Shown here in pieces: positions 25,513-39,600 of a stretch of 64,000 bases of DNA. Position 1 is the stretch's first letter; every line of letters starts with the position of its first letter. The translations under genes were made by a program, and so were the position numbers. The notes below the pieces were generated by a model. The model had not been told where the DNA came from. It saw nothing but the letters and a program-made list of their open reading frames with translations, and searched no databases. The DNA is from Epiperipatus broadwayi (lineage: Eukaryota > Animalia > Onychophora): positions 3,906,001 to 3,970,000 of the forward strand of contig JAQFVV010000001.1 of NCBI GenBank assembly GCA_028023455.1, given 5' to 3'.

Positions 25513-26098
25513 AAATGATTCAACTTATAAGTATAACAGTCATATAAGTTCGGTGTTATTTTAAGTAACAAATCTGCTATTCATTCAATGTAAATCAAAA
25601 AAGTTATTCTTAGATATCCACTATCAGCAGTGTCAAAAAAAATACAATAAGAAAAGCATGAGCTAATATTTGTGGAATGGAAACTGGTAATGTTTGCTCT
25701 TATTATTTTATATGAATATTCACTTCTTTAATGTTCCGTGAGAGAAAGAGAAATTTTAAATTTAGCATCTAACATAACCTTAAAAAATAAATTGCTGGGA
25801 AATATCTATTTTGAATTATTTTATAATCAGATGATGTGGAAAACTGTTGCTGCCTATCAGATGAGTATCATAATATTATTAACACTTTCATTAACTTGTT
25901 TTTTTAAAAACAAAAATAAAAATGCTTTACTAATTACAAATTTTTTATGTAAGAAAGGAAGATTTTTAATCCATGTCTAATAAGGTCATGTGTAAGAGAA
26001 TTTATCATTATCAATTTGATATTATTATTTTTTAACAGAATTTTTTCTATGGTATAGGCTTTTTTATACCTGCACACTAATATGTAATACATAGAGAG

Positions 26099-26246
26099 TT
26101 TGAACTCAGATTTTCACATGACCCTCAGCTATCCACACTATCTCATACTGCTGACACACGTAATCATAGACATGGGTGTGATCAAATGTGTTAGCAGTAT
26201 GAGATAGAGTGGATAGTTGAGGGTCATGTGAAAGTCTGAGTTCAAA
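26099..26246. mobile_element. Minimal family A foldback (tRNA-like tails only, no hammerhead)
   Basis: ~60-bp inverted arms (26099-26157, 26187-26246) match the outer ends of 19261-19732. Confidence 0.8.
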
Positions 26247-28407
26247 ACCCTATAAAATAAATATTGTAAATAAAAAACAGAATTATTAAAAATATTTATA
26301 TAATAACTTGCATACAGTTTTCAATTTTTAGCTTCAGCTAACTGAAAATTTAAGAATTATTCATAGCATTTGATTTTTAATATATTTTCTAGCTTTCAAA
26401 ATATATTTTATTTATATAATATATAAAGAAGAAAAAGATTTTATGCAGTTTTAATTAAAAAGAATAATCTAAAATGTACTTAGCTGAAATGTATAAATAG
26501 AATGATTAATATCTTCTTTTTGCATTAATTCATTTCATGTTTAAGCCTACAATGTTAGAAGAGTTAATGAAAATGTGGGTAAATGGTCTATCTTCTGTTA
26601 TTTAGTTATACTCCTGTCAATATTTGAAGTTTTATTAATTGATAAGCATTTGATATTTTTGAGAAAAACCATTTCATCTTCAATTTTAAAATACAATCAA
26701 CTACATAATTGAATAGTTACTGTTCTGAGGTTATACGAAATTTAGCACAAAAGCAATAGATGGGAATTTGATTCAATAACCTTCATCTCTCAAATCTATC
26801 ACACTATTATTGCACTAAATCATAACTGAATGTTCCAAATTAAAAATATTGTGATTGATCATTTATTTGATATTCAGGCTCAAATTCCATTGAATGATTT
26901 GGATCATTTATCTTGAATGACTTTTTTTTCATTACATTAATTTTATGATTCTTATCAGTTAAAGTAATACTCAATGTTTCTAATTATAATGTCAGATATA
27001 TAAAATAAATTTATATCTTATATCAGTAATAAAACAAATAGGAAAAAAAAGATACTTTTTAAAAGAAGATAGAACTTAATGTAAATTTAAAGATAAAAGT
27101 ATAGCTAGTAGATGAAAAAGATTACATCTAACTATGATACTTCAGGATTTTCAAATCTAAATTCATGGGTGGGAACTTACAAGAATATGTTTGCAAATAC
27201 AATGGAACCACAAATTATGGTGGATCTAACTACATGATTTCAATTATATGCTATTCAAAAAAAAAATGTAAATATTAAAATTTGAAAATTTTATGATATT
27301 CTGCAACCACTTTTCCTTCTCTGGGTATAGTAAATAATTATACTTTTGTGATGTATGTGCATATGCTTGACAAAATGAGATGTTTTTCTTTCTGGTTTAT
27401 TATCTGACTGAATGCACTTTTGGTGCCAAGCATCATAACCATAACTTTCCAAATACATTCCATCAGATAATAGAGCAGAGAACAAAAACTTCACCAAGCA
27501 TATACACATTTGTATGCAAAAGTATTACATATATAATGAAATGAAAATTAATATTATATACATTAATAAAACTTCTTCAACTTACATTGAAAGTACTTAC
27601 ATTTTATTCTTTTATTATTCTTTATAAATTCAATGTACAGCATTTTCATAATAAAATAATTTCTGAGCATAATGACTAAAAGTTTACAAAATGTTAGATC
27701 ATACTTAAAATTAATTTTGATTTTAAAACATTAAAATAATTAGAGAGATCATAATTTTTTGACAAAGAGACTGGTCTATTATGTTTCTATAAGAGAAAAA
27801 GTTATTGAAGAAGAAGAATATTGCCGAGAACATATTTAATAGAATGAAAGTCAGACATTCCTCTATTTAATTTATTTTAAAAATAAAAATAATATAGTTT
27901 TTTTTTCCTTATTCTTATTGCTTCAGTGAAAGCATAAATGAACACACTCTCAGTAAAATATATGCAAATGTGCCCTCAATTTATTATTAACATCTATATT
28001 ATTATTTTTAAGATTTTGTTTATATTATAATTTTGATTTGTATGCCTACTAAACATATAAAAAGACTTCTGTGTTATATATGTGTGTGAGTGGTGAAAAG
28101 TAATGTATGCTTATAGTTTAATAAAACCATATGTATTAACAAAATAACAGCTATTGTACACTATATATGTTGAACAAGAGAAGCACATAGAGTAAAATAT
28201 AGCATAGCCTCTGGATTATATATAAAACCTCAAATATAACATAATAAAGCAAAAATTGGAGTTTGTTTTATAAAATTTATTATACCAATATTAAACAAGG
28301 CAAAACTCTCTCCATACAGTAGTGTCACCCTGTGTCAACCAGAGTAATCAATGGTTGCCAGAAGGCTTGTGCATAAAATCCGTATCTAGTGCCTATTCAT
28401 CCAATAT

Positions 28408-28447
28408 CCCCAGACTAGTTTCTGGTTTGTGGCCTTCATCAGTGAGG
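28408..28447 (-). ncRNA. Type I hammerhead-like motif with atypical stem II junction
   Basis: CCUCA-CUGAUGA-AGGCCACAAACCA-GAAAC-UA-GUC^UGGGG. Palindromic stem III ACUAGU. Stem I is the same as in the 15081 ribozyme. Confidence 0.7.
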
Positions 28448-28604
28448 AGCCTTGGATCTGAGAGCACTGCATCTAGATCTTGGGATCTAATGCAGCCCTC
28501 CAGCAGCTATTTTTTATCTCTACTTAACTACAAAACTATGAGAATGAAATTGAAAACACAAAAATATTTTCAATCTAAGATCAATAACTTATATAGTCAT
28601 ATAG

Positions 28605-28642
28605 TCACTGATGAAGGCCACAAGCCAGACACTAGTCTGGGG
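28605..28642 (+). ncRNA. Type I hammerhead-like motif, GAAAC>GACAC mutant, truncated stem I
   Basis: UCA-CUGAUGA-A-GGC(CACAA)GCC-A-GACAC-UA-GUC-UGGGG. Confidence 0.65.
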
Positions 28643-29469
28643 ATATTGGATGAGTTGGCCTTCTGGCATCCATTGATTACTCTGGTTGGCACAGGATGGC
28701 ACTACTGTATTGAGAGAGTTTTGCCTTGTTTAATACCAATTATGTGCTAGTATAAGAGATGGTGATTATGTGATGTTTAGTGATTTATACCAATACTACT
28801 TATATAAATATTAAGTCACATCCAGCTTATGTATCTGTCATTTCAATAGCACATGCATTCTATGTAGTAGTGTGGATGGTAGACATCCTTTAAGCTAGCT
28901 ATAACTTAATATTTGTTTACATAAGATTAATTCTAATTTCACTTTATTACATATATATGCATGTGTAAACATTAAAAATATAGTGCGTTTGTATGTGTAA
29001 AAAAATTAGCATTTAAATACTTCTGGAATTTTATGGCTATTTACAGTGTTTACTTATAAATAATATGCAAAATTTTATCAAATTTGTCTTTTTTCAAAAA
29101 ATTCAACACATCTTCCATTTGTCTTGCATTGCTTTTATCAAATCTTGAAAAAAATTATCTTCTTAAATGCACTTTTTACAATGCCTTTTTAAATTTTCTA
29201 AGAACAGTTTTGAGCCTAGTCTTCTTCAGATTTTAATATATTTTTTTTAAATTTAGCTCTTTTTTTTGTCTATAAAATCCAAGAAAATAAATTTATTTTA
29301 TTGGACTATTTATTCTATTGAAATTAATACTTCTTGAGTTCCTCTGTTTTTTTTCTTAAATTAAATTCTCTTTAATAACCTTCAATATTTTTCCAAATTC
29401 TATTGCTGCAATCTGTAAAGTGTGTTGGAAGATGTGGTGTTTTATTTGTTGTTTCTTTCTGTATAGATA

Positions 29470-32110
29470 TCATCATTTTCAAACATTATTGATCTTCTTC
29501 AGGATGAAGGTCTCTTTAAGTTTAATCCAGTTTCTCTGATCTCTAGTCTCAATGCACCAATAAACTTCCTTATTTTATTCATCTCATGTATGATCTCCTT
29601 TTAATCCCTTTATAAACTTTTAGAATCCAATTGAAATCAGTACCTTTTATCTATTATCATCTCTTCTAGCAACATACCCAGTCTTGCTCCATTTCAGTTT
29701 AATTCTTTTAATAAAGATAATGATATATATTTATTTCTTATGGTATGTATTTGATTTTCAATCTCTTTTTATTATTTCTAACATATATTTCTTTATACTT
29801 CATTGATTAGTCTGAATTAAGTGTCCCAATTTCAGATCTATAAGTAAAACTATTAAAGCACATCTATTAAAAAAATTTTTTTAAAAACACAAAAACTCTC
29901 TACCCAAATTTGATTTTATGATTAATTTTATCCATTATGTTTTCACTTGTATTAATAATCTGTCTAAAGTATTTATAGTTGTTAATTTCTTTTAATTCAT
30001 GATTATCAATATCCATTTTTTTCTTCCAAGAAAATCCATTAAACACTACTTCAATCTTTTTAGCAATAATCTTTAGTCCTATTTTCTTACTTTCATCTGA
30101 TAATTGCAACATTTTCTGAAGTTCTGAAGAACAATTTGCAAAAACAACTATACTATCTGCAAAATTTAGCTGGCTTAAATAATCTTTTACTTTTATTCCC
30201 TTCTCATTTTATTACACAAAATATTTCTTGTAAAATTGCTGTAAAAAGTTTTGCAGATATAGCATCACCCTGTCATACACCTTTCTCAGTATTAATCTTC
30301 TTAGTATTACTATAAAATCTAATCAATGCTGCTGCATTTTGATAAACATTATTCATATTCTGTATGTATATCTTGATTATCCAATGCTTTAATCACTATA
30401 GAAATGTTTATAGAATCAAATATCATTTCATAATCTACAAATCCAGTTATAATAGAAATTCATATTCATTGGTTCTTTCTATATGTAAATCCACTGCTTT
30501 AATACTACTTTTAAATCCAGCTTATTCTTTTAGATAGTTTGAATCCAAAGTTCATTATAGGTGAGTTATAATCATTTCAATGAAAATTTGTATACAACTG
30601 ATAATTTTATAATTTCTAAAATCTTCTTTATCACCTTTCTTAAATATCAATATTACTACTGCGTTCTTCCAATCATTTAGTATATTCTTATCATTTAGAT
30701 CTTTGGTATATAATTTTGCCAACAATTTTTTATTTTATCTACTTAATTCATCATTTTCTGGAACCTTTCCCTTCTTAGTAGATTTAATTGAGCATTTCAC
30801 TTCAGCATTTAAAATACTGGGCAATTTTATTAATAACTGTAGGGAGTACTTTGTTTTTTATTATTATGTAAATTTTTATTAGAACTCTTTCATGCACTTC
30901 AAGATATCACCTCTCTTTTTAATAATAGTTGTATCTTTTTATTGCAGAAAAATTTTCTTTCCAACATCAATATCTGTTTAGACTTTTGAGACTTTTATTG
31001 TCTTCTATAGCTTTCCTTATCAATTCACAATTATGATTTCCTATTATCAACTTTAAGTATTTAATTTCTTTTAATGGATTATTTTTTTAAAAAAAATTCC
31101 TATGTCTTATTTTCTTTATATATTCCCTTGTCTAAGCAGCAAATTTACAATAAATTGTTCATTTTTGTATTAGCTTTTTATTTATTTATTTTTTGCAGTT
31201 TTTAATACAGGATCAGTTATCTTCTTACAAATAACAGTCAAGGCTAAATTATATTCAAAATCTGTTAATATTTAAATTTATTGATTTCTGAAAATTAAGA
31301 ATATCAATTGTTAATACTGTCTTGAACTAATAGTTTTAATTTCACTAATATTTATCTTATATCTCATAAATCAATAATTACTTCACATGTTGAACCTATT
31401 TAGGATATTATAGCCTTAAAATACTTTTTTTTTAGTCAAAATATAATACAATTCTGCTCTATCTTCATTTAGCTGTTTCCATGCTAATTTTCATTTAGCA
31501 TTTTTTTCAAAAAAAAAAATTTATAATTTACAATTTTTCTTTTGCAAACTCCATAAAGTGTGTATCCTATCGCATTTCTATTATTGTAATCAAATTTATC
31601 AATAGCATTTTCATTTTTCAATCATTTAACAATTCTAGTATTAAAGTTTCCAATGAAAAATCTTAAAATGTTTAGTCTGATCAAAAGCACTTTGTACATC
31701 TCTATATAAATCCATTACTTTTTCATCACAATGAAAACTTGTTGGAGCATAAACAAGAAATATCTGCAATTGGATATCTTCTAATAATTTGAATAACTAA
31801 TTTTGTCACTATCTGATGTACTCCCAATCTCCACATTGTTATTCTTACACTTTTTATTTATAGAAAATCTCATTCCATTTGTGCTTCCAATATTTATGCC
31901 ATGGTAGTAAATGTTTTGCTTTTAAAATCAATTGTTTCTTCACTTTTTCTTCTACCTATAAAGTCCAATAATATTTCATTTAATATTAGCAGCTTCTCTT
32001 CCAATTCATGCAATCTTCATTAACTTGAAAGTGATCTTCAGTTGTAAGTGTCTAAATAAAAAGTTATTAAATGACAACCAGAGTCCACAATCGGGATTTT
32101 TTAGCATCCT
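29470..32110 (-). mobile_element. Decayed near-full-length RTE-clade LINE (APE endonuclease + RT)
   Basis: Track ORF 29900-30112 (LSDESKKIGLKII...ELKEINNYKYFRQII, cf. L..ES.KVGL.IN..KT...YLGQ). NIIGL and LQIFLVYAPT endonuclease-like remnants at ~31650-32000. GYVARRDDNRK near the 3' end. Confidence 0.8.
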
Positions 32111-33689
32111 CCATCTTCAGTCACCAATTGCTGTTTTCACTGGTGACTTTACAACATCCTGAAAATAATAAACCTAATTTAGTTTTGTCTTTTATGATTG
32201 TAAATATTTTAAGCAAATTATTTACATGCACATTTATTTTACCTTCAATAAAACTCAAATAATTTTTCAGTTAAGAACTATCTAGAAAAGTACAAGAAAG
32301 ATCCTAGTATTTTCTGATCTTAAACTCAGAAATAAAAATCCTATAAATTTATTATGCTAGCTGAAGCATATTAGTGAGCAGCTCATTCACATTCTTTATC
32401 TACACAAATAATCACTATATAACAATAGTTACCATGACAAGAATGTGTGCAGTGGACATTAGGAATTTGTCCTGCTCAGTTCCTTTCTGACCTAAATGAG
32501 GAATGAAACAGTATCATTAATTTTGATATATATGGTTAATCATCTTAAATTATGATTATTTTCACTTATTCTTCCAATGATCATTCAATTTCTTTTGGAA
32601 TTAAGTTATAATCTGAAGTTTTATCTCTTTCACTTCTTGAAGCTTTTTTTTCTTTTCAAATTCTCTATATAAAATTAGTGATTCTAGTTTTCTATCATCC
32701 ACTTGCTATTCATTTTCTAGAACAAAAGACTATTTAATTGTAAGCATTTATAAATTTCTCTATATTTTTTTTATCTTTGTAATGTCTCAATATTTTCAAT
32801 TATAATTCCTCTCTCATGTTCATCTTTTCAATGCAAAATCAACCTTATTTCAAATAAAATAATATATAAAAAGTTTTTAAAAAAATAATAAGTGAAATTT
32901 TGATTTTTTATTAAACAAAACAATTTGCTGTTAATTTTTTTTCAGTCCAGTACGGTAAATTTAAATATTGAACGTAATTTTGAATTTTCATCGCAAAAAG
33001 GAAACATTTTAATATGTAAAAATTTTAAAGTTTTATTACTGATGTGCACCCACTGAAAACGCATACATTTCAAAAATGTTTCTACTGCATGCATTAAAAA
33101 TATATGCCATATTTTACCTTTTTTGTTTGTTGACATTAATGTAAAGACATGTTTAAAATGTCTTCATTATATATGTGTGTGTGCGCGTGTTAAACATATA
33201 ATTTCGTAGTATCTATTATTATGTGTAAATTTTAATATTCATTTGTAGATTTGAACTAAATTATATGAATATGAAAAGAGAATTAGAGCAGTAGTCTTTA
33301 CAATTTATCTATTATAGAATTTGTTCTATTTTTTCTTCTTTGAACTTTAAGATATCTTTATAATTAGCATCCAGAATTTTATTTCCTTAACAATTACATT
33401 CTTTAAATGATATAAGCATATTGTTCTAATTGAAAAATATAAAGATACAGTATAAAAAAATAGACAAGATAAATCAATGAATATTTTTTTAATTATACTA
33501 CAATGAATTACAGCTATTTAATTTTGGCAAAAGCGCACCTTAAAATTTCTTCCATTTACCTTTTATTCTCTTTTATGAAAAAATATTTTTTTAATATTTT
33601 CTTTTAATATTGCAATAAGTATATTTTTAATGTTTATTGACTGTTTTGAGTAGACTTTACTTGATTTCTCTCTTCTTCCAATTATAAGA

Positions 33690-34560
33690 GAGACTCAGCA
33701 ATAGTGATCACCTTTTTCCCTTACTCATTATATCACTTTCAATTATTATAAAATTCACTATAAAACAAAGGTCTTTCTGGGTTTAATATATTCTCTTTGA
33801 TCGATAGCTTCTCTTTTCCACAATTTTTCAGAAAATTTCTTTATTTCAATCATCTATTTCATATATAATCTCTTTTTAGGTCTTTTATATTCTTTTGTGA
33901 TTCAATTTAAAATTATAACCCATTTATTCTCATTTGGTCTACCAACATGCTTGTCGTAGCTAGATATTAGCCTTTTAATAGTTTCAGTATTGTCAATGAT
34001 ACTGTTTGTAGTCTCATCCATGTCTTTGTCTTTTGATTTCTCATTGTAAATTTTTCATAGTTTGTTTTATAATCAACAGTGCTGTTATTCTATTAAGTAT
34101 CCAAACCTTAAATCAACTAGTAAGCACTTTTAAACATATAAACAATGAAAACTACGATGATGAGATATTAGCCAAAATTGTAAATATCATATTAGGCTAT
34201 GCTCAAAGTTCTCTATTAGTGATATATGTGATTAATAACAAGAGCTACACATTAATAATCACTAGAAATAAAATTAAGGGGAGTAAAATTCTCAACTCAT
34301 TCTTAAACTATAGAAGAAGCTCTTAATATTAAAGCATACACCAAGAGTAGTTCGGTTATAATACATTTGCTTTCTCATAATAATTTTTATTGCCCCCCCC
34401 CTCTAATATATAATCTTACATCTCACAACTACTATTTCAATATCTTATTGCCATGATCATGTAAACAGTTCAAGATTTAGATAAAGAATAATAGTGGTCT
34501 TAAATCTTATTTATTTGTTTGTGCCACTTTTCACAATAGTTTCTTTTGCAAAAAATATAA
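33690..34560 (-). mobile_element. Decayed RTE LINE 3' portion
   Basis: Minus-strand remnants such as KHVGRPNENK (cf. WAGHVAR..D.RW). The plus-strand ORF 34033-34326 is its antisense shadow. Confidence 0.45.
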
Positions 34561-35064
34561 TTTCTTCTTATCATTGAATTATAATAGTAAGATCTCAGGA
34601 TTCATTATACATATTTTTAGTACTGAATGGCTTAATCTTTTATTTTATTTTTAAGCTGTCAAACAAATGAATGGTATCATAGTGAAAAGTATGAGGAGCA
34701 AAAACAGATAATGCTTTCCTATTATACAATGATAATAACAACAATAAATTTTAATAGAAAATATTTTAGAGAAACTATTAATTTAGAATAATATAATAAT
34801 CTTCTAGGATAACCTTTGAATACCAAAAGTGAATAAAGGATTTTACTGCTACTCAGAATATTCTATTAACAAATTAAACCAAATTTTCTTATCGATTTAG
34901 ATAAACAATTTAATCATTTCAATAGATTATGTTAATCAACTAATAATATTAAATGAAGCAGGTAATAATTTATTATAAGAGCAGTCTTCTTTAAATAATT
35001 GTGATTAAATTATAGTGATCAGTAAAAATTTTAAGAAAACAGATAAATATTTTATTCCTTAGAT

Positions 35065-36694
35065 CAGCGTTTCCCAACCTTTTTTGGCTCGCGTACCACT
35101 TGGTAGTACATCACGCTAAATTGTACCACTTCGTAAAAATGATTGTATTTCGTGAAATTTGTTATTGCGAGTGTGTTATTTTATTTGCATTATAAATATT
35201 ATAGAGTGACCATGTATGTATTCACATCTCACAATAAGACAAATTACATTGAAACATGCCTAAACGTCATGCCAGATTATAAACTGACTGAAATTATAAA
35301 CTCACTGTAACATATTTATATGTATGTGTTTGTTCAAAGTTTCATATTTTTCCCAAAATAATTTATTAAAGATTATATTATTACATTAAAGGTTATTTGG
35401 TATATATTTTGTTCAAAGTGTTTTCTAATTCCTTCATTTGGTTTTCACGAATTTGAGTCTATTTTCTCTTTTTCGGAGCATCTTGCTATTGGTTGGGCCA
35501 TGGAGAGGATAAATCCAGCATGTCCCAAGTCATGGTAAAAATAACCTCAGGGGTTATCAGGCTAGCTCTTGTTCTTGTTTTCTTTATATTGTTCAGCATG
35601 AAGTTAATAGGATTAAAATTTTGATGATTAAATACTAGCTTACATCTAGTAATCCACAATAGATGATCAAGAATTAATGAGAGTCTAATTTCTGGGTATG
35701 ATCCTTTTCTGATTCATTCTTTCAAATTAAATAATTTAGATTGATTTGCCTTGATCCGACTCATTATTTATCTACTATTTTGTCATATTTCGTTTACTAA
35801 TAAATGGTTTTAATAAAAACACAAAATTATAAAAAAACAATTAATATATTTTCTTATCATAATCAAATATTTTTATAAAATAAATTTAATGAGATCTTTG
35901 TGCTTATTTCGAACAACATAATTTTTTGAAATTTGGTTCGAAAGATGCGAGGTATACCCTTAAGTCTACAGCTGCTTTCAATCTGTTTCGATACTTATTT
36001 TTTAAAATAATATATGAAAAAAAAGCTCTTCCTACTAATTCCATACTTGTAAATGGTAATAATAATTTAAGAGCTCTCTGAAAGTTGTTCATATTCTTTA
36101 ATGTTTAACCAAAAATTAATTAGATTGTGTCTTTTGAATTCTACTTGTAAAGTTCTGTCACGTGATAATTCTATTAAATTTTCTTTATCCTTTATTGATA
36201 ATGATGTAGCTTTTTCTAAATTTTCTGCATAGAAGGGGTTTGAAATCCAATTATCATTTGTGATTTCGGGTTTTAGAAAATATTTCATGAAAGACAATTT
36301 TAATCCTGTTAAATGTGCTATTATATTTTCTCGTATATCTTGAGACAGACTAACCTTATTTTCAAACAAAAAATATGTAGAGTTTCGAATACTTCCAGTT
36401 GATTGTTTTCGATACTTATATATATTACTGTTTCCAAAAATCTAATTTCTTAATCATACTTTCAATTTTATCATTAACATTAAAGATCGTTATCGACTGT
36501 ACATATTAACAACTTTATTGTATAATATTATGAATTAAAATAATTTTTATGAATTATAAGAAAAAACATTTCTATGATATTTTTATGATTTAATTTTTTT
36601 TTTATGTCTGCCATTATTGATTATTTTTCATGTACCACCTACCAGTAACTCACGTACCACCAGTGGTACGCGTATCACAGGTTGGGAAACACTG
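35065..36694 (-). mobile_element. Internally deleted hAT transposon, Buster/Charlie type (1630 bp)
   Basis: 16-bp TIRs CAGCGTTTCCCAACCT / AGGTTGGGAAACACTG. Perfect 8-bp TSD ccttagat (nnnTAnnn) at 35057-35064 and 36695-36702. Subterminal GTACCAC repeats at both ends. Confidence 0.93.
35886..36500 (-). pseudogene. Buster-type transposase C-terminal remnant (hATC dimerisation region)
   Basis: TIFNVNDKIESMIKKLDFWK...WISNPF...ENLIELSRDRTLQVEF...LINFW...ALKLLLPFTS...KNKYRNRL...DLRVYL...KKLCCSK*AQRSH*. Frameshifted, N-terminus missing. Confidence 0.88.
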
Positions 36695-39600
36695 CCTTAG
36701 ATGCATTCTCACTATCTATAAATCATTATAATTAAGTGATTTGTTATCTTTAATTTACGTGAATGCCCTCTAAATGACTAAATTAAAATATAATTGCATC
36801 ATGAATTATAGAATGTTCATATTTCTGGATAAATGATATGTAAATAAGATAATATTAGACACTAAAACTTGACTTAACAACAAAATATAACATTTATTTA
36901 CAATAAAACAATTCAACAATAACACATGGGGAAATCCACAAAATATTAATGAACTGTAATTTAAATATGGTACAATGTGATCTTACCACATTGGAGAAAT
37001 ACAAGTTCAAAGTTTTTGGTTTTAATCCATGAACAAATAAATTAATAAATTAAATGTTAATTAAATGTTAATTTATTTTGGTTGATATAAACCTTATAAA
37101 TACAAGTATTGTTACAAGAAGTTTTACATTTCCTGATTAATAAAGGTTAAATTAATATTGGTATTATTATTACAAAACTCTTATACCTTCCTAAATGACA
37201 AAAGTTTTATTAATATATGCATTATTACACAAGTTTTACATTCTGTTGTCTGATAAAGTTTTTACAAACATAAGCATTATTTCAATAATCTTATATCTTT
37301 CTAACTGATAAAAGTTTCACTAACCTATGCATTATTTCAAGAAGTTCCACATTAGCATATATGAGTAAACCTAAATATTATTCATGTCTTACCAATCCAG
37401 CAATAACTTGCTACTAGATGATGATGTATATTGTCTATTTAGGCTTATAAATACAATTTGAAATTTTGAATAAAGTAATTATCAGTTTTATATTCTGTAA
37501 TGTTGGCAAAGCACAGCAGAACAGATTTACACATTCACATCAGGACCTTCTAATCTACACTAAGAGTAATCAAAAGTGCAACTGAAAAAAAGATACTCTT
37601 CAATATCAATTGCCATAATAATGAAGATATATACTATACCATACATGGTTTGCAATACAAAATATGATACTTCCAAGGAGAAAAGATTAATAAGGCAATG
37701 AACCTAGTTATGGCATGAACTCAAAAGATGCACCTAAATTCTGAGAGCAATAATTATGCCAGAACCTTTGTTTTTAAACATATGAAAAAAGTGGAATTGG
37801 ACTATCACAAATATTAGAAACAATAAGAATTGCCTCGAAAAAAGCATTTTGCAAACATGAAATATGAAATTACATACCACCCATGAAAAATGACATTAAG
37901 AAGAGAGAGACTATGCACAACCACTTTATAAAAATATATATGCTAGCAAAAATCAATATTATCAAGACAGAAACAAAGCTACTATCTCTTGAAAATATAA
38001 ATTGACAAGATAAACTTAAAGCAATAAATACACAAGAGTAAGACTAATGCTACTATCTCCTAATAAATACAATAATTATTGATCTATAAAACCAATAAGA
38101 TAATTATCTTGTCAAATCTGGCTTAATAAAATATGGCCTAAAATAAATAATAAAATAAGAATATATCTTTTAATGTTTAGCATATAAATATTCATTGAAA
38201 TAGACAAATTACAACAGGAGACAAAACAATATTTTTAAAATGATAGAATATTAAAATCATTATATGGTATTGATAAAATAATCAATACTATGTGAATGTC
38301 TGGATATTATCATGAAAAAATAATGCATAAAATATGTTAGGTAAGAATACATAAAACAAGTGAATGATAAATTATAATTCTAAAATATAACCAGTTTACC
38401 GAATTTTAAAATGTTAACATTCTTTATCCTGAAGGTTTCATTATTCACCAGGAGACAGTTTTGCAAATATATAACAGTTTCTTCATTTGTTGACAATAAA
38501 GTAATATAAAATAAATGCATAGCACTGAAAATTATTTTACATAAGATTTCCTTAAAATGAGCATATAATATTGGCCATTCAATTTCACAAAAATATTTAA
38601 ATAAGTATTTCCAGCCCAGTAATTTATATTATAACATTAATCTGGTTTTCCATTTATTTATTCTAAGAAGTATATTCAAATATAGAGGTCCAGAAGCAAA
38701 TATTTATTTCTAAGCTAAGCACATTTCCTTTCAGAGAGAAAGAGATCAGGCTTACATATGCACATTTTGAGCACTAATAATAGTCCTAAAATATTTGAGA
38801 AAATAGATTTTATTAAAGTTGTTTGTATTTAATTTTGAATCATAATACACTAGAAATATTAAGATAACATTTTTACAATATAAGAGTAATCTGACAAATC
38901 TATTTTGTAGATATAGAATACATTTTATCTTATTTAGTTCATGTCAAGCATAAAATTAAAGTATATGTGAATGATTTTTTCCTTTATGACAGCAAATGTA
39001 ATAAATGACTAATTATTAAAAACAATACAAATGTCATTTTAAAATCTAACACAAAAAGTTTCACTGATCTAGAATTAATAATTCATCCAAAAGAAAAATG
39101 TTTATCAAAGAGTATTGAAACAGTATATTTCAAAATATTACCAAAATATAAAGCATCTTAAAATCTTTGATAATTTATTACTCTTTCAATGTTCCTTTAA
39201 ATATTAAATAAGCATTTTTAAACATTAATGTGCTATCATAAATATTGTGAAGTATGAGTTTTCAATTTTTTTTTCCTTAAGATATAAGGAATATTATATC
39301 TATAATAGAGTTTATTGCAAGTATGAGATTGAAAGTAATAGTAAAGAATTATTATGCCAACAGGACAAGCAACATGTAATTCCTGTGGTGTGCTGGTGTC
39401 AATCCAATATAATTCAGTAATTATGAGTGAATAACTATTTAACCTTCCCATTTTGTTTTTCCTTTTGAATAGTGTTAATTTTGGATTTCAGTGATTTTCA
39501 GTTTAAATTCTAGTATCTGAATTTAGAGATTTCTTAAGGATACATATTACTTTATAAAATAAAATAATTTAAAATTTTAAACTTATGATTAATTCTGTGG

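Larger units (their letters stand above)
28290..28732. mobile_element. Family B hammerhead foldback element
   Basis: Inverted arms end in ttaaacaaggcaaaactctc / gagagttttgccttgtttaa. 8-bp TSD ataccaat at 28282-28289 and 28733-28740. The right arm has an internal deletion. Confidence 0.85.

Noticed and set aside
32467-32518. Hammerhead-like CTGCTCA-GTTCCT...AGGAAT-GAAAC
   Set aside because: There are two core mismatches, no stem I and no second copy in the window.
38400-38790. Candidate host exons on the minus strand (e.g. AMHLFYITLLSTNEETVIYLQNCLLVNNETFRIKNVNILKF)
   Set aside because: Splice signals are plausible, but there is no recognisable protein and no consistent multi-exon model. RNA-seq is needed.
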